A stretch of DNA of 32,000 nucleotides from Pseudothioglobus sp. nBUS_23 (GTDB taxonomy: Bacteria; Pseudomonadota; Gammaproteobacteria; PS1; Pseudothioglobaceae), in assembly GCF_051201565.1 (NCBI RefSeq), contig NZ_CP179200.1:1170001-1202000 (forward strand). The letters are read 5' to 3'. Under the pieces are notes generated by a model. It was given only the letters and a program-made list of their open reading frames with translations, did no database searches and was not told where the DNA came from. Both the position numbers and the translations under genes were made by a program. Below are positions 1-7,464 of the stretch, in pieces; position 1 is the first letter of the stretch, and each line of letters begins with the position of its first letter.

Positions 1-1
1 G

Positions 2-787
2 GATATGGCTATTCTAGCAGATGCCACTCCAGTCTTTATTGAGGCTGGTCTGGATCAAGATTTTAAAATTTCACCTGAACAGCTGGAAGCAAGTATTACT
101 GCAAACACTAAACTCTTGGTTCTAAATAGCCCCTCAAACCCTACTGGATCTGTCTACTCAAAGTCAGAGATTGAGGCCCTTGGGACTGTTCTCGAGAAGC
201 ATCCCCATGTACTCATTATCAGTGACGATATTTATGAACATATTCGATGGAGTGATGATGACTTTGTCAACATTGCTACGGCTTGCCCAAATCTAAAAGA
301 TCGCGTCATCATCTTGAATGGTGTTTCGAAAGCCTATGCGATGACTGGATGGAGAATTGGTTACGCAGCAGGGCCGGAGTCAGTCATAAAAGCAATGAAA
401 AAAATTCAAGGCCAATCTACTTCAAACCCAAGCTCCATTTCACAAGCAGCTGCTCTTGAAGCTATTACTGGAGACCAGTCATTCATTACGATGATGGTTG
501 AGGCTTTTGAACGTCGTCATGACTTTCTTGTGGATAGTCTGAATGCAATTGATGGTATCGAATGCCCTAGATCAGGTGGTGCGTTCTACTCCTTCCCTAA
601 GGTTCAAGGCTTAATAGAAAGGCTTGGACTTAAGGATGATGTCGAATTCTCAACTTATTGTCTTGAGAAATTAAGTTTAGCTGTTGTTCCTGGTTCCGCT
701 TTTGGAGCTCCTGGATATGTGAGATTATCTTTTGCTACGAGTATGGATAACATTAAACTTTCAGTTGAAAAATTAGCAAGCATCTAA
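2..787 (+). CDS. Class I/II PLP-dependent aminotransferase (aspartate/aromatic type), C-terminal part. The 5' end lies outside the window.
   Basis: The reading frame is open from the window edge. Motifs seen: NSPSNPTG, and GVSKAYAMTGWRIGY (PLP-lysine context SKAY). The overall look is AspC-like. Confidence 0.85.
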   Translation, partial: DMAILADATPVFIEAGLDQDFKISPEQLEASITANTKLLVLNSPSNPTGSVYSKSEIEALGTVLEKHPHVLIISDDIYEHIRWSDDDFVNIATACPNLKDRVIILNGVSKAYAMTGWRIGYAAGPESVIKAMKKIQGQSTSNPSSISQAAALEAITGDQSFITMMVEAFERRHDFLVDSLNAIDGIECPRSGGAFYSFPKVQGLIERLGLKDDVEFSTYCLEKLSLAVVPGSAFGAPGYVRLSFATSMDNIKLSVEKLASI

Positions 788-810
788 ACAAGCGCTTGTT
801 TAGTTTTTTT
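785..810 (+). terminator. Putative rho-independent terminator after the aminotransferase gene
   Basis: An 18-nt palindrome taaacaagcgcttgttta (785-802) overlaps the TAA stop. It is followed by gttttttt. Confidence 0.55.
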
Positions 811-811
811 C

Positions 812-838
812 TTGACATCTAAAATTTCTTAATATAAC
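812..838 (+). promoter_or_regulatory. Putative sigma70-like promoter for the aldehyde dehydrogenase operon
   Basis: TTGACA (812-817), a 15-nt spacer, then TATAAC (833-838). The spacer is shorter than optimal. Confidence 0.3.
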
Positions 839-866
839 CTCTACTTTTTTGATAAGGAGAATCTCA

Positions 867-2294
867 ATGCTTGATAAAAGAAAATTCTACATTAACGGTC
901 AGTGGGTTGACCCTTCAAATAAGAATGACCTTGAAGTTATCAATCCTTCAGATGAATCAGTATGTGCAATAATCTCACTGGGCTCTCAAGAAGATACAGA
1001 TGCAGCGGTTTCAGCTGCAAGAGCAGCATTGCCGATGTGGTCAAGCTCATCTAAAGAAGAAAGAATTGCATTGCTGGAGAGGCTTTATGATATATATAAA
1101 AGAAGAATGGATGAGATGGCTGAGGTTATCTCTATTGAAATGGGAGCTCCCATTGATTTTTCTAAGGCTGCTCAAGCGCCTTCAGGAACAAACGCAATTG
1201 AAGATTTTCTCAATCAACTCAAAAAGTTTGAGTTTGAAGAACAACTAGATGACTCTGATAATCAACTGATCTATGAGCCAAAAGGCGTATGCGCGCTCAT
1301 TACTCCATGGAATTGGCCCATTAGCCAGGTTGCTTTGAAGGTTATTCCTGCTATTGCAGCCGGATGTACAATGGTTTTAAAGCCATCAGAGATTGCCCCT
1401 CTAGATTCAATGTTGTTTGCTGATATGCTTGAGGAGGCCGGATGCCCTGCTGGTGTTTTCAACCTTGTTAATGGTGATGGTGCTGGTGTTGGAAGTCAGC
1501 TGACCTCACATCCAGATATTGACATGGTCTCCTTTACTGGATCAACAAGAGCAGGCGCCTTAATTTCTCACAATGCTGCAGACGACTTTAAGAGGGTTGG
1601 TCTAGAGCTTGGTGGAAAAGGCGCGAATATTATTTTTGCTGACGCTGATGAAAAAGCAGTTAAAAGAGGTGTTAGGCACTGTTTCAATAACACAGGTCAG
1701 TCTTGCAACGCACCTACAAGAATGCTTGTAGAGAGATCAATCTATAACCAAGCTGTTGAAATTGCCAAAGAAACAGCCCTTTCAACTAAAACAGATATTG
1801 CATCAAAAGAGGGAAAACACCTTGGCCCTGTTGTATCAAAACTTCAGTTTGATAAGATTCAAGCATTAATTCAAGCTGGGATAGATGAGAATGCCACTTT
1901 GGTGACTGGAGGAACTGGAAAACCTGAGGGACTCGAGACTGGTTATTTCATCAAGCCTACAATTTTTGCAGACGTTAATAATCAAATGACGATTGCACAA
2001 ACTGAAATTTTTGGGCCAGTTCTCTCAATTATTCCTTTTGATACTGAAGAAGAGGCTATTGAAATTGCCAACGATACCCCTTATGGATTAACCAACTACG
2101 TTCAAACACAAGACCAGGAGAGAGCAAAGAGAATGTCAAAAAGGCTTCTATCTGGAACTGTAGAGCTCAATGGTAAAGGTGCTGCAAGTGGTGCTCCATT
2201 TGGTGGGTTCAAGCACTCTGGAATTGGAAGGGAAGGTGGAGAGCATGGCTTTACTGAGTTTGTTGAGGTCAAGGTAGTTACTGGCTGGAACTAA
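867..2294 (+). CDS. NAD(P)-dependent aldehyde dehydrogenase family protein
   Basis: ELGGKG motif and catalytic-Cys context NTGQSCNAPTR; EIFGPV motif; length about 475 aa. I prefer ATG 867 because AAGGAG (854-859) lies 7 nt upstream. The track start at 849 is a TTG inside the RBS. Confidence 0.9.
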   Translation: MLDKRKFYINGQWVDPSNKNDLEVINPSDESVCAIISLGSQEDTDAAVSAARAALPMWSSSSKEERIALLERLYDIYKRRMDEMAEVISIEMGAPIDFSKAAQAPSGTNAIEDFLNQLKKFEFEEQLDDSDNQLIYEPKGVCALITPWNWPISQVALKVIPAIAAGCTMVLKPSEIAPLDSMLFADMLEEAGCPAGVFNLVNGDGAGVGSQLTSHPDIDMVSFTGSTRAGALISHNAADDFKRVGLELGGKGANIIFADADEKAVKRGVRHCFNNTGQSCNAPTRMLVERSIYNQAVEIAKETALSTKTDIASKEGKHLGPVVSKLQFDKIQALIQAGIDENATLVTGGTGKPEGLETGYFIKPTIFADVNNQMTIAQTEIFGPVLSIIPFDTEEEAIEIANDTPYGLTNYVQTQDQERAKRMSKRLLSGTVELNGKGAASGAPFGGFKHSGIGREGGEHGFTEFVEVKVVTGWN

Positions 2295-2305
2295 AGCTGA
2301 ACTGA

Positions 2306-3709
2306 ATGCTGGCTAAAAAAAATATAGCCATTGGCGGTATCAGCACTGAATGTAGCAGCTATTCGCCATTATTTCAAAATAAGGAAGACTTTAGAACTGT
2401 CCGCGAACAAGATTTACTTGAACTCGTTGACTTTCCATTTTCAGAACACAACATTAATGTTAGTCCGTTATTTTTCAATAAGTCGGTTCCTGGTGGTCCG
2501 ATTGATAGAGAATATTTTGATCAAGTTAAAAATCAATTCATAGAAGAGATAAAAGCTCTTGGTAGGCTTGATGGGATTCTCCTGTTGATGCACGGAGCAA
2601 TGTATGTTGAGGGCATAGAAGATCCAGAAGGAGACTGGATAAGCTCAGTCAGAATAGCGGTTGGTCCAGATTGTATTATTTCGCTCAGCTATGACCTTCA
2701 TGGCCAAATAACTGACAAAATCATCAAAAATATTGATGCATTTGCTGCTTTTAAAACTGCACCTCATATTGATGTGAAGGAGACCTATAGGCGCTCAGCA
2801 TCAATGCTGGTAAGCGCAATTAATGAAAACTATCGACCAATAGTACTCTGGTCGCCAATACCAGTTTTAGTTTCGGGAGAGATGTCTTCAACTTTTGTGG
2901 AGCCTTGCAAAACAATTTACGAAAATCTTGAACAATATAATAATGAAAAAGGGATTCTTGATTGTAATTTATTGGTTGGTTACGTGTGGGCTGACACTCA
3001 AAGAGCCACAGCCTCATCAGTAGTAACTTGCACCAATGAGATTATGGGAGCTAAACTCTGTAAAAAAATTGCTGCAAACTACTGGAATTCTAGAAAAGAT
3101 TTAAAGTCTGATATGCAGACAGGGAGCATTGATGATGCTTTACTTTGGCTCAAAAGTGATTTTTCAATTGTTGCAGATAGCGGTGACAATCCCACAGCAG
3201 GAGGCGTAGGTGATAGAGTCGATGTACTAGAGGCAATCCTTAAAAATTGTCATATTGATTCACTATTTGCCGGAATAGCTTCTAAGTCAGCCTATGATGA
3301 GCTCAAGACAGGGAATGAGTTTAGCTTAGGTGGCACCTTTGGGGGTGGTGGCCCATTATTAAAACTTAAAGCTGATAGCGTATATTTTAAGAATCAGTGC
3401 GCCGTAGTTAGCATCTCTAAAACTGTCATATTGATCTCTAAAATAAGGAGGCCCTTTCATAATTTCAAGGATTTTGAGGAATTAAATCTCGAACTGAGTG
3501 ACTTCAAAATTTTAGTGGTTAAGTCAGGATACCTCTCTCCCGATTTACAGTCACTTTCTTCACGATCATTTTTAGCACTTACTGAGGGTGCAGTGAATCA
3601 AAACTTAGCTATTATCAAAAATAAACACCGTAACAAGAAAATATACCCTTTTCAAGATTTTGATAATTTTATCCCGCTCGTCAGTGACGGGGTATCCTTA
3701 GTTAGTTAA
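2306..3709 (+). CDS. M81-family metallopeptidase-like protein (MlrC/DUF1485-type)
   Basis: Length of 467 aa. The N-terminal NIAIGGISTECSSYSP and the YDLHGQ and FKTAPHID stretches resemble MlrC-like proteins as I recall them. No search was done. Confidence 0.55.
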   Translation: MLAKKNIAIGGISTECSSYSPLFQNKEDFRTVREQDLLELVDFPFSEHNINVSPLFFNKSVPGGPIDREYFDQVKNQFIEEIKALGRLDGILLLMHGAMYVEGIEDPEGDWISSVRIAVGPDCIISLSYDLHGQITDKIIKNIDAFAAFKTAPHIDVKETYRRSASMLVSAINENYRPIVLWSPIPVLVSGEMSSTFVEPCKTIYENLEQYNNEKGILDCNLLVGYVWADTQRATASSVVTCTNEIMGAKLCKKIAANYWNSRKDLKSDMQTGSIDDALLWLKSDFSIVADSGDNPTAGGVGDRVDVLEAILKNCHIDSLFAGIASKSAYDELKTGNEFSLGGTFGGGGPLLKLKADSVYFKNQCAVVSISKTVILISKIRRPFHNFKDFEELNLELSDFKILVVKSGYLSPDLQSLSSRSFLALTEGAVNQNLAIIKNKHRNKKIYPFQDFDNFIPLVSDGVSLVS

Positions 3710-4799
3710 TAGCCTTCAAAACCTGCTTAATAAAAAGTTGCTCATTCCACTGGTTGGGGCCTGACCCAACTCTGACAACAACAAGCTCTTTTGAGGGTAT
3801 TACATAACATCTATTAGTGTTGTAACCTTCAAGTGAAAACATATCTACTGGAAGCCCTGGCCACCTTGTTCCATCAGTGTTCACCCAGAATGTAAATCCA
3901 TACTCTGGATTTAAAGTTTGTGAAGGCTTGGTTGCCTTTTCAATCCAAGAACTAGGGACAACTTCATCATCAGCCCACCTTCCATTTTGCATCAACAAAT
4001 AACCAACCCTTGCAAGCTCTCTTGCCGAAATATGAAGACCAACGTGGGCACTCGTATGAGGACCTATGAATTGACCTCCTCCATGAACGTCCCAACTTGC
4101 ATTCTCTATACCAATCTTATCGAAAACTTTCTCCTGCATGTATTCATGCATCTCTCTTCTCATAATGAGTTTAAAAAGAATTGAAAGGTGAGCCATCGCG
4201 GGATCACTATAGTCCCAAATTGTGCCTGGCTCTGAAATCAGTTGATCTGTTTTATAGCCATATCGGTTCTCCTGATATCCTAGAGCATGCTCAAACGGTC
4301 CAAAGTTATCTAGCGGAGGAATACCAAATACTAATTCATTTTCACCAGGAATACCAGAGGTCATGCTAAGGAGATGTCCTATTGTTATTTTTTCTTTTAG
4401 CTTATCAGTCATTTTGAAAGAATCTGGAAAAAATGAATATGCAAAACTATCTAAGTCAACTTTTATATTGTCGGGAAGTGTTCCATTTTTACTTTCTTCC
4501 AGTAATAAGCCCCAAGCTATCCCAGTAAATGATTTGGTGCAAGACCATACATCAAATCTACTCCCTGGAAGTGTCATGAAGCTGTAATGCTCTTTGACTA
4601 AAAAACCATCTTTAACAATAACAATGCCAGAAGCAACATTGTCAAAGAAAAGCTTGTATTCTTCAATTACCTTGTTAAGGTGCTCAAAATTAATTTTAGA
4701 GACAACTTTTTTGTCTATTTTTTTATCAAGAAACTGCCATCCACCCTTTGATTCTGGCGAAGGAAAATACTGAGTATTTTTAGGGCTAGTTCTTGTCAT
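3702..4799 (-). CDS. Serine hydrolase of the beta-lactamase/transpeptidase-like superfamily
   Basis: SxxK motif in WSCTKSFTG; size about 365 aa; no obvious signal peptide. ATG at 4799 is preferred over the TTG at 4802. Confidence 0.7.
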   Translation of the reverse strand: MTRTSPKNTQYFPSPESKGGWQFLDKKIDKKVVSKINFEHLNKVIEEYKLFFDNVASGIVIVKDGFLVKEHYSFMTLPGSRFDVWSCTKSFTGIAWGLLLEESKNGTLPDNIKVDLDSFAYSFFPDSFKMTDKLKEKITIGHLLSMTSGIPGENELVFGIPPLDNFGPFEHALGYQENRYGYKTDQLISEPGTIWDYSDPAMAHLSILFKLIMRREMHEYMQEKVFDKIGIENASWDVHGGGQFIGPHTSAHVGLHISARELARVGYLLMQNGRWADDEVVPSSWIEKATKPSQTLNPEYGFTFWVNTDGTRWPGLPVDMFSLEGYNTNRCYVIPSKELVVVRVGSGPNQWNEQLFIKQVLKAIN

Positions 4800-4934
4800 C
4801 AAGTAATTGTACTTGGAAAAAAATACTGAGTCTGAAAAAAATTATTCAAGCTTTATGGTAAGATTGAGTACAAAGCAATGACACACAATAAGTGTGTGTA
4901 AAAAAATAAGTTAATTCAATATTATAGGAGAAAT

Positions 4935-5306
4935 ATGATGACGTTAACTTTAGTATACAGATTGAACGGGTTGGTGGGTCTATTATGGGCAGCGTCAATG
5001 TGGTTTGGAACAAACATGATGGCAGCATCCTACGGCTGGGAGGTAACCCAACCAATGGTTACAATGTCTCAGTTTTTAGCAATGTCTTTCTTGTTTATTG
5101 GTGTAATTTTTATAATGCTGCCGAACTGGACTTCAGAGGAGCAACTTAAAAAAGCAACAGTCACTCTCATACTTCTTCAAATTATCGCGGTTATACTGCA
5201 AGTTTTTCATGTTACATCGGGCGCTATTCCATCTGGAGGCATGCAGTACTTTGGAATCGCTTTAAGTTTATTATTTATTATTCTTTTCTACTGGAAATCA
5301 AGATAA
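4935..5306 (+). CDS. Small integral membrane protein, paralog 1 (123 aa, uncharacterised family)
   Basis: RBS TAGGAGA lies upstream. About four hydrophobic segments. Colinear with ORF 5432..5803, sharing the PNWTSE(E/D)QLK motif and an identical length. Confidence 0.7.
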   Translation: MMTLTLVYRLNGLVGLLWAASMWFGTNMMAASYGWEVTQPMVTMSQFLAMSFLFIGVIFIMLPNWTSEEQLKKATVTLILLQIIAVILQVFHVTSGAIPSGGMQYFGIALSLLFIILFYWKSR

Positions 5307-5325
5307 TAGTTTACTAGTTTGAAAT

Positions 5326-5360
5326 AAAGGGGCTTATTATGGCTCTTTTTTTATTTTTTT
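5326..5360 (+). terminator. Weak terminator-like hairpin plus long T-tract after paralog 1
   Basis: aaaggggct/ggctctttt pairs with several G-U pairs, loop tattat, followed by tttttttatttttttt. Confidence 0.35.
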
Positions 5361-5381
5361 TAACAGGTGTATAATTCGAAC

Positions 5382-5414
5382 AACGCCACAACAATAGAGG
5401 TGTCGTTATTTTTT
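5382..5414 (+). promoter_or_regulatory. Leader hairpin plus U-run immediately upstream of the paralog 2 RBS (attenuator or second terminator)
   Basis: aacgccac (5382-5389) pairs with gtgtcgtt (5400-5407) with one mismatch, followed by attttttaac. The RBS AGGAGAG is at 5420-5426. A TATAAT hexamer lies at 5370-5375. Confidence 0.35.
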
Positions 5415-5431
5415 AACTTAGGAGAGTAAAC

Positions 5432-5803
5432 ATGAGTTTGTCACTAATTTTTAGACTTCAAGCAGCTTTTGCTGCAATTTGGGCGCTTCAATTAATCTTA
5501 GTTCCTGGAATGGTATTTGCCCAGTACCAATGGGGATATTCTGCAGAGCTCGTTGCTATCGCCCAGGCAACTGGCACAGCTATGGCAGGTCTAGCTATAC
5601 TTGCATATGGCATACCTAACTGGACCAGTGAAGATCAACTAAAAGTAGCGGCAAAATCTTTTGGTATTATTGCAGTTTTATTTTTAATTATGCAGCTCTA
5701 TCAAATATTGATTTCAGGTATGGCTCCAGGTGGCGCAATGGACTGGCTTAGCACAGCAGTTACAGCTCTATTTGCTATTGGATTTTTTATGAAATCTAAT
5801 TAA
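5432..5803 (+). CDS. Small integral membrane protein, paralog 2 (123 aa, uncharacterised family)
   Basis: RBS AGGAGAG lies upstream. Same length and topology as ORF 4935..5306. Shared PNWTSEDQLK motif, but Ala/Gly-rich. Confidence 0.7.
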   Translation: MSLSLIFRLQAAFAAIWALQLILVPGMVFAQYQWGYSAELVAIAQATGTAMAGLAILAYGIPNWTSEDQLKVAAKSFGIIAVLFLIMQLYQILISGMAPGGAMDWLSTAVTALFAIGFFMKSN

Positions 5804-5830
5804 CCGATAAATAACTTTATTTAGTGAGTC

Positions 5831-5861
5831 AAAGGAGGTCATAATTGACCTCCTTTTTTTT
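5831..5861 (+). terminator. Rho-independent terminator
   Basis: Perfect 11-bp stem aaaggaggtca / tgacctccttt with loop taat, followed by ttttt. Confidence 0.85.
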
Positions 5862-5873
5862 GTAGATTTTTTA

Positions 5874-6752
5874 ATGAACTCTAAGCAAATTCTTCTTGCT
5901 TTAATTGTTCCAATTACTTGGGGTTTTGGCTATGCCCTTGCAAAAATTGGAATGAATCAGTTCACTCCACTGCTCTTAATGTCGCTTCGTTTTGGTATCG
6001 CAGGCTTGATATTAGTATGGTTCGTTAAGCCCCCTTGGGGGCATATGCGAGAGCTTTTTATGATTGCTTTTATTGGATCCACCATACAGTATGCCTTCAC
6101 CTACTATGGATTAAGAGGCATTGACGTATCAACTGCTTCGATTTTATTGCAACTTGAAGGCCCTATATTAGCTCTTCTAAGTACTATCATTCTCAAAGAA
6201 AAGCTGGGTTGGCCTAGAGCCTTCGGGATGGGGCTAGCTTTTTTTGGTGTATTTATTATTGTTGGCGAACCAAGATTGAGTGATAGCCTGGACAGCGCTG
6301 CTTTAGTAGTCATTGGTACAGTTGTCTGGGCAATAGCGCAAATCATGATTAGTCGACTCAAAACACTTTCTGGTATTACTATTCTGTCCTGGGTTGCAAT
6401 TATTGCGACTCCACAAATGTTCATCATCTCATTATTAGTTGAGGATGGTCAATGGGAGTCTATAAAAAGTGCCAGTTCTTTGGATTGGTTAATAGTCTTT
6501 TACTTGTCAGTGATCATGACAGTGGTTGGCTATAGTCTTTGGTATCATTTGATAAGAATTTGCGATGTTAGCAAGATGTCTCCTTTCCTAATGCTTCTTC
6601 CGGTCACCTCAATTACGGCAGGCATAGTTCTTCTTGAGGAGCAGTTTACCGTTACAATGGGGGTCGGAGGCACGCTGGTAATGATTGGTGTTGCCAGTAC
6701 CCTAATCAAATGGAACTGGCGAAAAAATACAACTCAATCTTCGATAGATTAA
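5874..6752 (+). CDS. EamA/DMT-superfamily transporter
   Basis: About 10 hydrophobic helices in a two-repeat architecture, 292 aa. The N-terminus ILLALIVPITWGFGYALAK is typical of EamA-domain proteins. Confidence 0.8.
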   Translation: MNSKQILLALIVPITWGFGYALAKIGMNQFTPLLLMSLRFGIAGLILVWFVKPPWGHMRELFMIAFIGSTIQYAFTYYGLRGIDVSTASILLQLEGPILALLSTIILKEKLGWPRAFGMGLAFFGVFIIVGEPRLSDSLDSAALVVIGTVVWAIAQIMISRLKTLSGITILSWVAIIATPQMFIISLLVEDGQWESIKSASSLDWLIVFYLSVIMTVVGYSLWYHLIRICDVSKMSPFLMLLPVTSITAGIVLLEEQFTVTMGVGGTLVMIGVASTLIKWNWRKNTTQSSID

Positions 6753-6755
6753 AGT

Positions 6756-6980
6756 TTATTTATAAAATGGATCTACCGACTCAAATTGAGAAGTAATCTT
6801 TCTAATCCATCTAGAAATTGCAATCCCTTTACTGAGCTGCATGGAATTATTTTCAGATTGAAGATTCCTTTCTATTTTTCCATCTAATGGAAGTTCCATC
6901 TGTTGCTGTAAAAAATTTGTCTCTTTATCTAAATCCTTTCTTAACTCTTTAATCTTGCTTGCGACACTATTGTCTGACAT
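6756..6980 (-). CDS. Hypothetical small protein (74 aa, predicted helical), second gene of a two-gene cassette
   Basis: AGGAG lies 8 nt upstream of ATG 6980, 32 nt downstream of the stop of ORF 7013..7306. I recognise no motifs. The track start at 7010 is a TTG. Confidence 0.5.
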   Translation of the reverse strand: MSDNSVASKIKELRKDLDKETNFLQQQMELPLDGKIERNLQSENNSMQLSKGIAISRWIRKITSQFESVDPFYK

Positions 6981-7012
6981 TGACTTAACTCCTAAATATA
7001 AAAATCTCAATC

Positions 7013-7306
7013 CTATGATTGAGACTTACCCTTTGAAGCTTTCTTTGAAGTTTTGTATTTACTTTCCCACTTCCTATCAAGCTCTGTTTTAGCTATATCC
7101 TTATAATCGATCCCACTAATCTCCTTAAACTCAGATACAGCATCCTCCATAGCAGTCTCAAATACGAGAGAAAGAGACATGCTGTATCCAAAATCCTTAG
7201 CAGCTATTGAAGCACTCCTAAATGCTTCAAAAACTGGTCTTCGAATCCTTACACTCACAACACGTTTTTCGTCTGCCTTCTGATTCTTTGTTACGTATTT
7301 ACCCAT
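7013..7306 (-). CDS. Putative ribbon-helix-helix (CopG/Arc-like) DNA-binding protein with a Lys-rich tail
   Basis: The N-terminal pattern basic-VVSVRI-RRPVFEAFRSASIAAKDFG-SMSLSLVFETAMEDAV fits strand-helix-helix. Fold assignment is by eye only. ATG 7306 is preferred over GTG 7318. Confidence 0.45.
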   Translation of the reverse strand: MGKYVTKNQKADEKRVVSVRIRRPVFEAFRSASIAAKDFGYSMSLSLVFETAMEDAVSEFKEISGIDYKDIAKTELDRKWESKYKTSKKASKGKSQS

Positions 7307-7341
7307 CAAAAAAATCACTTAAATGAACTACTAAAAAGATA

Positions 7342-7394
7342 GTATACATAATTTGTATACATATAGTATTTATATTTGTTTTCTTTTTGTATAC
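7342..7394. promoter_or_regulatory. Array of three GTATACA(T/A)A palindromic motifs in a divergent promoter region (candidate operator)
   Basis: GTATAC occurs at 7342-7347, 7355-7360 and 7389-7394, inside an extremely AT-rich 146-nt spacer between ORF 7013..7306 (-) and ORF 7465..8322 (+). Confidence 0.4.
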
Positions 7395-7464
7395 AAATAT
7401 AATTTCAATAATAAAATAAGTTAAAGATATAATTGACTTTGCAAAAATATTAGACCAAAACAAA

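Noticed and set aside
849-866. The upstream TTG start (MIRRIS...) of the aldehyde dehydrogenase, and the analogous upstream alternative starts at 4802, 7010, 7318 and 17700.
   Set aside because: For 849, the extension would consume the AAGGAG Shine-Dalgarno that is correctly spaced for ATG 867. The other upstream starts use TTG or GTG codons just upstream of in-frame ATG codons that fit homolog N-termini better.
3702-4799. The beta-lactamase-fold protein as an antibiotic-resistance beta-lactamase.
   Set aside because: It has no signal peptide, so it would be cytoplasmic. The sequence looks like the broad serine-hydrolase/esterase/aminopeptidase branch rather than a class A/C/D enzyme. I cannot support a resistance call.
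4846-5055. A 69-aa minus-strand ORF spanning the promoter region and the 5' end of membrane paralog 1. Similar spacer-spanning ORFs are 7299..7496 (-), 10329..10517 (+) and 14890..15075 (+).
   Set aside because: They run through AT-rich intergenic or promoter DNA and into the start of real genes. They have no RBS and implausible low-complexity sequences.
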